Source of the DNA: Spongospora subterranea f. sp. subterranea
Lineage: Eukaryota
NCBI GenBank assembly: GCA_049724395.1
Contig: JAUGWO010000102.1
Span: forward strand, 186,001 to 250,000
Direction: 5' to 3'
Length of the DNA: 64,000 bases
Below the pieces are notes generated by a model, which did not search any database, was not told the DNA's origin, and was given only the letters and a program-made list of their open reading frames with translations. The translations under genes and the position numbers were made by a program. Every line of letters begins with the position of its first letter. Position 1 is the stretch's first letter. Positions 1 through 12,300 of this stretch are shown piece after piece.

Positions 1-334
1 CTTGTTGGAAGAAGCCGCAACGCATCCAAAAATAAGGCTCGTACGTATTGTGGATTGATTTAGCTATCATGTCGGTATTTATATGTCTCTAGGGAGCCGG
101 AGTAGGACCCCGAAAGGAAACAAGCCTAAATCTCCAAGCAAAGCGTCGCACACATCAACGGTTGAAGAAAACGGAATATCTGAAGGGAAAGCTGGATCAG
201 ATCTGGATCTGTGTTTCCCGGTGCCTACTTCCAACTCCACTGATATCGATTTTCTCGGCATATCCAACCTTTCGATTGGTGCTAAAAGAGGGAAGTCCGA
301 AGATTTTGATTTCAACGGTACTAACTACGAATAA
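1..334 (+). CDS. 3' end of an unidentified spliced gene (partial, runs off window start)
   Basis: GT-AG intron at 41-92 (gtacgt...tctctag) followed by an open, low-complexity terminal exon ending in TAA at 332-334. Confidence 0.5.
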
Positions 335-379
335 CTGAGTGAAAAATGGTATCTGTATAAATTTATAGAAAAATGACGG

Positions 380-2147
380 CTAGCATTTCCCAGTTTGACC
401 TCGCAGTGACTCGATTTTTAAAAGACAACGGCGTCTTTGAATTGAGCTAGTCAATCCCAGCTCTTCAAGGTCGTCTTCCTTGAGTGCCAACAATAATGCA
501 CCTGAATAAGTAGAGTTCAGTTTATCTAAGCTAGACTGAACGCTCGACAAGATTTTACCATCGACATCGTTTAATCGCAAATTGGCCAAGAACGCTGACC
601 CTGCAGATTCGGTCGTATAAAAGCGAGACGCCCAGCGACAGGTATCTTCCACATCCCACGTAGCAACAGGCTTGTTACTCGGTCCTATGGATGGACGACG
701 CATTCCAGTCGGTTGAGATGGAGCGGCAACAACAATATCTTGGCGATTCGTCACTTCCTTCGTCGGCAGAGTTATCGTGTTGGAGACGGTTGGAGGCTGC
801 TGCCGTTGGCCGCCATCTGTTATGCGCTTTGGTTCAGTGAGGATTTCTTGACCCGTTGACGCTAATGAAGATCCCGATGTCACCAACTGGGATTTCGAAT
901 TCAAAGACGACCACACTTGATCAACAATACCTGCACCATGAACACTTAGCTGTATAAACACCAAACGCATGACCCAGGACACCGACTTTCTAGTTTGTCA
1001 TCGAGCTTGACCGCCATTCTGAGATCCTTGCTGGCGCTTGTGGCCGTGGTTGAGAGTCGAGAACGAGCTAATCCTCTGAGGAACCATAGATGTGCGATAT
1101 CCGGCCAAGTTTCAATAGCAAGGGAACAGATAGTGATCGCATCATCATAGTCCCCGCAAAGGCAAAACGTCACAGCTCTTATCATGAAAGCGATCGCTGC
1201 TTCCGGCGACTCCCTTGCGGTTAGCTCTAAAATAACACTTGTCATCCTGATGTAACTTTGGCGACCGATTGACTCAAAACTACCTAATACTCGTTGGGAA
1301 TCTTGAATGGCGCCGTTGAAATTCCCCTGACGCAGATAGGCGATAGATCTGGTCAGCATCGCAGTCGTCATATCCTCGTTCATATCGATTGCACGTGATG
1401 ACTCCTTGATAGCGTCCCTACCACAAAATATGCATCAGCGAACACATCATAGATGACAAGCGACGCTCGTACTCGTATCGTCCCTGTAATCGCCTGACAG
1501 CAGCAATGGCGGCAAAAGTAGCCGCATCCGGTTTTTTCAGCGTTTGTGCTGACTCCAAAATCTGAACCGCCTCGTCGAACCGGCCCGCTGAGCTAAGAAT
1601 GTACGCCGCTTTGACCCGTAAACTATGCTGGGACGGATCTTTTTCTAGGGCCGCTAGGAGATCGTCTGCAGATGAATCAAGATCGTGATGCTGAAAATGC
1701 ACAAAACTCCTGTTGATCAGGCCTGTAATCCCTTTTGCGTCCATCTGGATAGCTCTGTTCATGTCAAACAGCGACTCGTTTACTCGTCCAAGCTCTGAGA
1801 AGATGATTCCTCGGTTGATTATCACTTCAAAAGGGGGATTTTCTGTGGCCATTGCTCAGTGTCAATCGACTATGCGGTGACTCACAAACCTGTAAGCTCA
1901 ATAGCATCATTTAGGTCCTCTAAGGCTTTCTCCCGTTGGGATAACGCTTTGAAAATAGCCGCTCTCCATGATAGCGCCATGACCTTTGTCATGGCAGACT
2001 TTCAACATTTTAGGTTATTGATTCAGGGTAGTCAACGCAACACCATACCTGAGAAACATCGCTGATGATATTGTCAAGCTCTCGCTTTGCCTGACAATAC
2101 TCGCCCTGACTGTAAAACGATTTGGCCGAGGCCAGTAGATCGGTCAT
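380..2147 (-). CDS. TPR-repeat protein with C-terminal SAM domain (multi-exon)
   Basis: ATG at 2147 (MTDLLASAKSFYSQGEY). TPR-like helices (INRGIIFSELGRVNESLFDMNRAIQMD; RSIAYLRQGNFNGAIQD). SAM motif WDVEDTCRW...NDVDG/ALLLALKEDDLEELGL...RRCLLKIESL once a 57-nt in-frame intron is removed. Confidence 0.8.
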
Positions 2148-2359
2148 CAATAATTAATGGATGTGCTTCCCCTCAAGTTTTTTGGATAATAACCGTTCTC
2201 GTATCAACCGGAATTATCCAGAATGATGTCACTGTCGATGATTTCGCACAAATTATCCAGAAAAAAACCTTGAAATCCTCCAGAATACTTTCTCCTGGTC
2301 TGCCATGTGGCGCGGCCACTAAACCATCGGAAACGAATTGTGGACCGATGATAGGGGCA

Positions 2360-2370
2360 GGGGGGGGGGG
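2360..2370 (+). repeat. G11 homopolymer in the divergent intergenic region between the TPR-SAM and ABCC genes
   Basis: Directly visible: GGGGCA followed by 11 G. Confidence 0.9.
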
Positions 2371-2508
2371 TCACGTTTCATCTGCTCGGGTGTAGCGTGC
2401 AACTGCACAATGAACATGTATGAGTGACAGGCTGATAGTGGTGTAACTCGACCTGTCATTACTACCTATACTGACCTTGTTTCATTTATCGCCAGCGCAT
2501 TGTCGACA

Positions 2509-5500
2509 ATGCGGGTGCATGGTAGTCGATCGGCGCGGTTGTCGTCTGCTTTACATATTCTATCAACAGCGACGATATGGATGTGTTTTCAGTATGCCTT
2601 AATATCGCTGCGTTCTCTTCAGATCCCGATTCTGTATAACTCACTGTCGATGGCGTGCATCACTACTGCCTGCTGGGGAATATTCATCGTGTTCACAGTC
2701 CGGATTCTTGCAAGGCGTCAATTCATCTCATGGTATAGCAGCATATCTGATGATCAACAAACTGTCACCCACACTGCCGCACCTGAGCTAGAGCTTCCTT
2801 TCCTTACCGATCCAGATTTAGAGGCAACCCGTCGTTCTGACCGGTATTCTGTTTGTTCATTCTCTTATCTTATATGCTTATTGGTCACTTCCAATATATT
2901 GCTCGCCGTATGCAATAATTACCTGAATAGAGGTTCAATGAGCACAGTGTCCAAACTCAACTTGCCGTTGATACTGAATGGTGTTTCCATGATATGTTTC
3001 TATATTGCATCCGCTTCAAGGCGTGTCCTCTCTCTGTCGCATTTGCTGTCAATCAGTTTATCTTGACCTTATACTTCACTTTATATCCGGGGTTTCCACT
3101 TCTAGCAGCCATGGTCAACGGACTCAATACAGTCGCCTTCCTTTGCATGCATCTTGGCTGGTACACGCCATTCAGAGCCAACTCATCATATAGAGGGTTC
3201 GATAACGCTTCGTTTTTCTCACAATACACGTTTTGGTGGATTCTGCCAGCGCTGGTGGCGGCTAAAACAAAGGATAAATTGGACATGAGCGACCTGCCCG
3301 ACTTACCTGTTGCTGACTCTCCCACAGTACTAGAAGAGAGATTTCGAGTTGAACTGATAAAGTTTTTCGACATGCAGGACAGAATATCGAAACCAATCCG
3401 CTTACTCATCATAACCTGTTATTCGATTCAGAAACGGGTTTTTCTTTCGTCTTATTTTCATGGTATTGCCTTCCTCGGCTGTATGTTTATTGATCCAATA
3501 ATCATTGCCGTTCTCCTATCTCGGCCCTCGTCAATGTCTTATGCATGGGTTCTCATGTTCGCCTTATCCCTCAGCATGTTTATACGTGTTAGTTGTATGG
3601 AGTATTGCTATTTTCAATCGACCCGAGTCGCCAATAACGTTCGCACGGCTCTAGGCCAGGCAATATTCAACCGAGCAATTTATCGATATCTGGCTGTCGA
3701 CCCCGCGAAATGGAGCAATCTAATGATCACAGATGCCGATAGATTAGGAGGTTGGTCATGGGGTGTGCTTTGCTTAGCCCAATGGACTTGGGCTGTAGTG
3801 TCGCTCCCATTCGTGTTTTATTTTCTTCACAAGACGGTGGGGAATGGTGCGTTCCTTGGCGTTTGTTGTTTGTTGTCAAGCGCCTTCACATCCAGATTCT
3901 TTGGAAGACGCCTGCATGCTATTCAGGTGCATCTACAGAAATGTCGAGACAATCGTACTAGTTGTCTGCAGGCGTTTTTAACGTCGGTGAAAGTTACTAA
4001 ACTTGAGTCATTACAAGACATCTGGCTCGACCGCCTTGAACAAGCTCGAAATATGGAGCTGATCGAACTCGCTAGAATTCAGTATGTGTCTGCGTTCAGC
4101 TGTTTATGTGGAGCTCTCCTCTCTCTCGCTGTTCCGGTTAGCATGTTCACCTGGCGGGTCCTAATCGATCATCGGCCGTTGGATGCTCGCACAGCCTTTA
4201 CTGCTCTTGCCTGGATAGCGCAAATGCAATGGTCGATCAGCACATTGCCGTCCATATACAATGCTTGGGCGGGTCTATCACCATCATTTGGTCGCATTGC
4301 AGATGCATTGCTTGAACCTGATCAGGCGAATCAATCAAACCTGCATCAGTTCCAAGTCTCGAAAGGGTTGCTCGTTGTAGTTGGGGCAACAGGAAGCGGT
4401 AAGTCAACGCTGCTGAATAATCTTGCTTCTTGCAATACTGGCCTATTATGCCCTCAGAGACCGTTCTTGTTAAACTCATCCATCGAAGAGAATGTTCTTT
4501 TTGGGATGAAGCTCGATCAAGACCGTCTTGACGACGCCATCAAGCGAACTGGCCTGGACTGCGACTTAGCATCATTTCCTGCTGGCCAATTAACTCAAGT
4601 CGGTCCCAATGGAGTTCAACTTTCTGGCGGTCAACGAGCGCGCATCGGGCTGGCCCGAGCGATATACTCAGATTCGAATATAATACTGCTAGATGACGTT
4701 CTGTCAGCTGTTGATAGATCTACAGGTTCTCACCTATGGTCAAATGTCATCACCTATTTTCATCGCAATGGGAAAAGTGTTGTTCTTGTCACACACGAAC
4801 TTCGATATCTGGCGTCGCCGATCATCGATTGTGTTATTCTGATGGATCAGGGACAAATAATCGTCTCTTCTCCATTGAACTCGATCCCCAGCCATATTCG
4901 CGAAAAATATAGAAGTTTTCTGGTTGACTCTGAAAACGACGACAATCACGTACGTGGTCGTTCATCTGACAGTGATATCGTTGGTCCACAATTAATGTCG
5001 CCACGCGAGAATGGCGTTGCTCTCTCGGAGGTGTACAACTTCCTATCGAGCCATCTTCAGACCCTGAAAGGCAAAGTCATCAATGCTGATCTGATCAATA
5101 ACCGTATATTGTCAAATTTCATCGATATTCCCGACCATAACGCCAGCGAGAACAAGAATACCGGCTCGGTGACATTTTCAGACTTCTCTGTCTATTTGGA
5201 CGAATTTGGGGTTTACATTTATGTGCTTGTCGGCCTTAGCCATTTCTCTTTCGATTGCATCTGTCTCAGCAAACATATGGCTAGCATTGTGGTCGCAGGG
5301 CGAATCCAGTTCTAGATGGAGCCAGCATAAGTGCTTGACGATATACATCATTTTGGGCCTAATTGAATGTCTGCTCATGTGCTACCAGAGAATAATTCTC
5401 ACCAAATACTCGCTCGTTGCCTCTGCTAATATCCACAGGAAGATGGCAAGTAAATTGGTGGAGGTTGGTCCGACGATCTTGGCTATCGCGATTAAACTAA

Positions 5501-7045
5501 TGAAATGTTAGGCTCCGTTGTCGTTCTTTGATACACATTCTCAAGGAATGATACTGAACCGATTCTTGCAGGATATGGCCAATATTGATACATCTGTGCC
5601 TTCGTCTATGAATGATCAGATCTCCAAAACCTTGACCATAATTTCTCAGTTTACCTTGATCGCTTTTTACGCTCCGTTCGTCTGCTTGATCATTCCGATC
5701 ATGCTCCCGCTCTATGTATATATATTTCGAATGGTACGGACGGCAGCAAGGGATTCCCGCCGTCTAGAATCCGAATCAAAAAGTCCAGTCTATGAGTTCT
5801 TTGGGGATGTTCTCAGGGGCCATGAAATCATTCATTGCGCTTCAGCTCAAGACCGATTCCAACGCCGCAACCGTAAGTTCGTGCAGAATATGTCAGCCTC
5901 CAAAGTTGGTAATGAGGCAGTTATGAAGTGGGCACAAGCTCTTACTGCCCAGGTATCTGGAATTTCCATTAAACTGGCGTTGCTTGTTGAATACTTGCTT
6001 AGGCCAGTTGTTTACTCTACTTCGTAACCGGGTTCGTCGGCATCATTTATATATATCGTGGTCATATGGAGCTGGGCGAATTCGGTTTGATACTTCTTTA
6101 CGCCGCTAGTTTACAAAGAGGCTTAATGGACTATCTAATGGGTTTGACAAACCTTGAAACAAACATGATATCTGTGGAGAGAGTAGCGGAATTTTTGAAG
6201 TTGCCTAGCGAGCACGATTTCTACCCGACTGATGAGGGTATTGTTGACCCATCATCGTGGCCGACAGCTGGCAAAATAGAGCTCGCCGATATAGCTATGC
6301 GATATGCTATCAATAAGCCAGAGATCCTGAAAGGCATTTCAATAACTATTGAGCCGCTTTCAAAGGTAGCAATCATTGGAAGGTAATCGATATCAATGGA
6401 GGGACCGTCATGATTTCAAAGATTGATATTTTCAGAACTGGATGTGGCAAAAGCTCCTTATTTTCGGCGTTAGCGTCACTATATCCCATCATTCGAGGCT
6501 CTATCATCGTCGATGGAATACGCCTAGCTAACCTCCCGCTACTCTCAGCTAGGAATGCGGTTACTGTAATCCCTCAAGATCCCGTTATTTTTGCAGGAAC
6601 AGTCAGGTCTAATATATGTTTTGGCCAATACTTCTCGGATGAAAGAATCTGGGATGTCCTCGAGATGACAAAAATGTCAGAGTGTGTTAAGGATTTGGGT
6701 GGACTTGACTCTGATCTTCAAGAAGGAGGGGCTAACCTTAGTGCCGGTGAAAGGCAGCTATTTTGTATGGCAAGAATGTTGGCTAGAGGGCAGCTCAAGG
6801 TGCTCCTTTGCGATGAGCCTACTTCCAATGTCGATCGACTGACTGGCTCTTCAATGGTTGACGTCTTTCTGGGGCTAAACGCCACAGTTCTGATGATCAT
6901 GCACAGGCTAGAGAACCTAGAAAAATTCGATCGGATTGTTTTGATGGATTCTGGTTTCATTACGGAATGTGGAGCACCAAAGAATCTGTTGAGTGATGAA
7001 TCGTCTTTAGTCAGGCAGTTTATAGATCGATATACGCCTGCTTGA
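2509..7045 (+). CDS. ABCC/MRP-family full-length ABC transporter (N-terminal TM extension, TMD1-NBD1-TMD2-NBD2); apparent frameshift at ~5210
   Basis: Lasso motif NASFFSQYTFWW...DLPDL. NBD1: Walker A GATGSGKS, signature LSGGQRARIGLARA, ILLDDVLSAVD. TMD2: SFFDTHSQGMILNRFLQD, LETNMISVERV. NBD2: GRTGCGKSS, LSAGERQL, LLCDEPTSNVD. Confidence 0.9.
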
Positions 7046-7106
7046 CAAAGTAATCATGGAATGTTTCAAAAGATAATCGATAGAAATAAACAAACTGCCC
7101 AGTCTG

Positions 7107-8867
7107 TCACCAGCAACTCAGCGGATCCCACCACTTATCGTCGCTGCATTGCCGTTTACGGTCATCTCCATCAACCACGAACACCCACTCGTTGGTTCCT
7201 TCTATTTTAACCCCGTCTAAGTGATGACTGAATGTATTCCAATGCTCTTGTGGCGAAGGCTTTCTGTCATGGGTTGGTTGCGCTCGCTCGGCGATTAATT
7301 TTTCAGAGTATGAAGACTTATTTAGCATCGTTATTTCGATAATGGAAATATATTCCCCATAGCGGTCAATCTGGGTTTGTGAGATTCTGTAGAGTTTTCC
7401 GTCAATTGCATGAATGCGTCCTCCAGGACGTTCGTGGTTGCCGCCAAGGCTGCACACCGGGTTCGCAGGATGCAAACTATACGGTCCACGAAGTTTGTCG
7501 GCGAAGTAGATTATTAGTCTACGGTCGTCATCCATGGCGAATATGTACCAGGTACCATTGTAAAGGATTGCAGAAGAATCTACTAATGGCCTTTCGATCA
7601 AAACTGTATCCAGCTCCCAACGAATTGGAAACTCTGTTGCTCTATACAGTCGCAATTGCTTATCCTTACTTGTTTCGGGCATCATATAAACCTCGTCTTC
7701 ACTCTCGAATACAAATGGGAATGATGCATGACGAGTGTCATGGAGAACCTGTCCTGTGAATCTCCATTCGAGACCAGAGCTTCCTTTGACTTCATGAGCA
7801 TGACAAATAACTCCTCGGGCCGAATTGTGGTAGGTCGGGTCTTCGACAAGAGCTTCGAAGAACATGTGAAGTTGATTTTCACGTCGAATAAGAAATGGAT
7901 CCGCAACATAGAACGTACGATAGCCATTAATCATTGGTGCGTTGAATCGAGAAACAACTGGATTACAACCAGCAGATTCGCAATTGACAAATGGATCATG
8001 CAAATCAAAAATCGACGATCCCGTCATAATCCCGATTGACCATCCAATCTTCTCCATAGGGTTTGGTCGAGCAGGGCATCTTAGGATTGCCTGGAGTTGA
8101 TCAGGTTTTGGAGCCAATATGCGACGGCATCGCGGATCATCAGCAAAAGATACATAGCCACATTGTCGGGCAAATATTGACCATAGGTCAAGCTCGGTTT
8201 GAACCAGCCGCCGATCGTGAGAAGGAACAATCAAATGTTTGGATGGAACTGCCCTGAGGCAAGCATCATGGCTTGGCATCGAATTCGGGCAAGAGATTGC
8301 ACGGCCGTAAAAGAAGCACTTGCCTAATGAAGGTGTCTCCCCGAAATGGATATGCATATTGGCATGCACATTTGGGACTTCATTATTGATACACGATATT
8401 GTTTCTTGAACATCTTGTGATTTAGAGCACTTCCAACCTGGGCTGTGGAGAATAAGCTCCTCCGACACATGTTTGGCTTCTAAACCGTCAACGGGGATTA
8501 ATGAAACTGATAGAGGAAGGTCGGTTAACAACGAGCCACTTCGTCCCAATTGGTGATGGGTTTCGTGAGATACCCACCAAATCACATTTAAGCCATCAAG
8601 AGAATTCATCATGATCGTCATTTGCTCCGATAACCAGGTTTCCAGACCTTTACCAGGTTTGACATAACGATCCAACAGTCGACAACTATCTGCCAAAGTA
8701 TCAACCTGGACCTTTTGCTCCAGGATCGTTGATCTTTCGTTGGACTGGAAAGAATGGAGCTGTAGAGAAGAAGTCCCGGACGACCTGATCTTGACCAGAG
8801 TGATGCAGGTTGCCAACAGTAGGAATGAATGAAAGACGTGCCTTATTCTGATATTTTCTAACCTCAT
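7107..8867 (-). CDS. Intronless membrane-anchored/secreted protein with a GINT1-N-like (GH43/GH32-clan) five-bladed beta-propeller
   Basis: 586-aa ORF with a hydrophobic N-terminal segment. The C-half (WSIGI...NPVV...VADPFL...MFFE...HASFPFVF...YMMPET...LRLYRATEFPIRWEL...PLVDS...RPGGR) resembles the N-terminal domain of plant GINT1 and related bacterial proteins. Confidence 0.75.
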   Translation of the reverse strand: MRLENIRIRHVFHSFLLLATCITLVKIRSSGTSSLQLHSFQSNERSTILEQKVQVDTLADSCRLLDRYVKPGKGLETWLSEQMTIMMNSLDGLNVIWWVSHETHHQLGRSGSLLTDLPLSVSLIPVDGLEAKHVSEELILHSPGWKCSKSQDVQETISCINNEVPNVHANMHIHFGETPSLGKCFFYGRAISCPNSMPSHDACLRAVPSKHLIVPSHDRRLVQTELDLWSIFARQCGYVSFADDPRCRRILAPKPDQLQAILRCPARPNPMEKIGWSIGIMTGSSIFDLHDPFVNCESAGCNPVVSRFNAPMINGYRTFYVADPFLIRRENQLHMFFEALVEDPTYHNSARGVICHAHEVKGSSGLEWRFTGQVLHDTRHASFPFVFESEDEVYMMPETSKDKQLRLYRATEFPIRWELDTVLIERPLVDSSAILYNGTWYIFAMDDDRRLIIYFADKLRGPYSLHPANPVCSLGGNHERPGGRIHAIDGKLYRISQTQIDRYGEYISIIEITMLNKSSYSEKLIAERAQPTHDRKPSPQEHWNTFSHHLDGVKIEGTNEWVFVVDGDDRKRQCSDDKWWDPLSCW

Positions 8868-9329
8868 TATAATTGGGCTAATAGATTAGCGTTGTGGGAT
8901 ATGCCGATACGAGGTATTGTAACCCCCAACATAACTTGTGCTGTTACCTGTTCATGACTGTGCTACTGTACTGTATGGGTGGGCGTGGGCTTGTTTCTGC
9001 ACATACGGAACCAGAAACGCTACCCGTTGGCCATACTGATTACATGTCGCTCTTCCAGTAGGGACGTCTCAGCCACGTTTATTTCGGGGTAATCAGTGGA
9101 ACGAACGGTTGAGTGATATCCATAGAGGTGATGCCTGCCATGCTCATGCCACAATTACACACTATAGTCGGCAAAAATTCTCCTACCTGACGAATACGCG
9201 AACGGTCGCAATCAACATAGGTCAGCCTTTCTCAGCGACATGCTTAGTCCAGGTAATTCTGGTTTTCAAACGTTCCCATGATGCTTCTGACTGTACTTTC
9301 TGGAAATAAATATGTATTATCTGAATGTT

Positions 9330-12300
9330 TCATCGCATATCTGTATCGTCGGTTCCTAGAGACGTCTGACCCCACCTAATCCGGTTGCCACACCGCATCG
9401 TTGGAGTTGCTTTATTGTCGACTGCGTTCGATGTCGCACTGACGTTCACAACCGATAAAATTTTTTGCATCATCATGTACATTGACATCTCATCAATCTT
9501 GGCTTTACACACTTTATTGACTGGAACTTCACCAAGATTCTGCATCTTTCGCACTTCTTTCTCAGGGAATATTTCCATTGTGAGTTGATATGACGATTTG
9601 GAGACGGGAGACCGCCATTGTTGTAGATCCCATACCAAATACGAATTTGGCATTACAATGTTGGAAGAAGCACCAGATCCAGATGGTGCTATCTGGATCA
9701 CGATTCGGTCGAACAGTTTTAATCGAACCTTCAAATCCCATCCTTCAATTAAGATATCAACATGAAGTCCCGACGACTCCGGAACGATATCAGCCTTGGT
9801 GCTTAATGATTCTAATCCAACGATGCATTGGGCATTGTTACGGTCGGTAAATCGCACGTTCAATTTGCGGTGAAATTCGGGTACAAACACTGTAATTGTT
9901 TTACTCTTGTTGATCGATACGATGAACCCCTCGTGTCTTGATTCGCCACGACTCATCATGTACAGTGAAAAGAATAGATCAGATGAATCGCGTTGCGCCA
10001 TTTTAGATGTGCGATTGCGTTCGTTGATATGTTCGCAGATGTTTTGGAGAAATCCCGAATCTGAAAACTGAGGAGGTGGATTTGAGTCTGTAATGGCGAT
10101 TGCAGCGAGCAGAAGGCGATGGACGATAACATCAGCATATCTTCTGATCGGAGACGTGAAATGTGTATAAAACTCAACAGCCAGGCCATAGTGCCCTAAA
10201 TCTGCTGTAGAAACACAGTACTGTGCCTCTGTCAATGCTTTTGCAGACATAGAATTGACAATACGGGCTATCCAATTGTCAGTTGAAGATAATGATAGAT
10301 TACGCAGAGATTCGGCGACAGATTTGTTCGAGGATGTGTTCAAAGACCCGCCAGCTGCGCAAACCATTTGCTCCAATTCTCGATAGCGATGAAGTTCAGG
10401 AGGTCTATGCCTTCGCATCAGTGACCCAGAGGGATATACTTCAGATAACTTTTTAGCAACAGCGCTATTGGCTGCAATCATCAACTCGGCAACAATATCG
10501 TGAAACTCGAGTTCCTCGTGATGCGCCATCTCGACATTGGTTCCGTCATTTACTGTTTCAACACGGAAATTCGACTCAAAACTTTGAATCTCCAATGCTC
10601 CGTTACGAATTCGCTCAGCCTTTAGAAGACGGCCAAGTCGAAGTAAATGGTGCAAATTCGGGCGCATTTCAACTGCGACAGCGTGCTTGCCAATTAGTGC
10701 TTTACCGTCCGAAATTGCCTGCGCTTCGGCATATGAAAGAGCATATTTTGATCTGATAATTGTGCGACAAAAACGGGGTGTACTCAACAATCGATCAGGA
10801 CTCATGGTCCAGAAGACACTCATCTGACAAGCTTCAAATTCAATTTCAAAAGAAAAATGGCGATTGACATCGGAATGCACGTACTGCGAACCGGTCTACG
10901 CCTTCATGTAAGGAGCAGATGTTTTCGCTGAGAAGCTCAGGCAGCATATTGATACGCTGATCAATCAAGTAAACGGTGGTGCCTCGGCGACGTGCTTCAA
11001 GGTCAAGGCGTGAATCAAATGGTATGAATGCCGTCACATCTGCAATGTGAACTCCAATCTCAACGTTATTCCCACCTATATCGCGAGCAGAGAGAGCATC
11101 ATCGATGTCCACGCATCCACTGTTGCGCGTCAATGTATTGTTTACCAATTACGTTGTGACAGTTGACTTACGGAGGGTCAATACTGCAGATCAGGTGGGA
11201 ATTGCGAAGATCACGTCGCCCCAATTCCATTTCAGGGGTAATCGACCATTCAGGATCAGGTAAATCTGTCTTCCAATGCTCGTACACGTAATTTTCTTGC
11301 TCAATACCGTGTTCAAGAAGAATCGCTTTAGTTTCGACATGAATGTTTCCACTTTCTCCAAGAAACGAGATAATATGGCCGTCAGGATATCTTGAATTAG
11401 CTGACCATCCATCAATCCGCCCGACAATTCTTTGGTTTAATAAATCGTCCACACGACGCGAGTAAATCCGAATCCTTGGGACTCTTTTATCGATTGGGAC
11501 GAAGAACAGCCTTGAATTGTCTTCACCATCTGTCATTACTGATCCGACATAAGGTCGCCAATTTCGTTGAAATATTCCGACAACACGGCCGCGGTATGTT
11601 AAACTGGAGTCAAGAAAAATTCCTGCGTCGTCGTCGTCAGCCTCTTCCTCTAATAGTGGAGCATTCATATTAATATCATTGACCGCGACAGCTGACACAT
11701 CAGTTGCTTTCGAAACCTCAACAGCAACAATATCACCATCAATAGCTCGATTAAAATAGCAGCTTTCCACTAATATGTCGAGTTTCTCGCACGTTACGAC
11801 AGCTGAAGACCTGTTGCGCTTCACTTTGATTCGACCCCGATAAACGTCGCCTTTGTAAATCGCCGCCTCCATACGAGATTGCGACCAATGTTCGTCGTAA
11901 ATTGATGAGGTTGATGTCGATAATCCTGGAGAGCCAGTAGATTGCAAGGCTTCCGACAATGTGACACTCTTATTTTGCCAAGATTTGATGTATTCTTGGA
12001 GATCATGGGGAATAATGATAGGAATAGAAAGATGTGGTTGCAGGGTGTTCAGAACAGATACAACACTTTTACAAGAAAAATTCGCTTGATCTTGCCCAGG
12101 GAGTCGCTGCTTCCAAACGTCGACGTCAAATACGTTTTCAACAGCGACCACCAGGTTATTTCTGTTGGATCTGAACGATTTCAGCCATAACGATCGCACT
12201 GCTGAATATTGCGCATTATCGCCCAGCACAGCGATTTGCTCAACAATATTCCGGCAGAGAATAACCACAGGCGGATCAGGCCAGCTATCTAAATCCTGTA

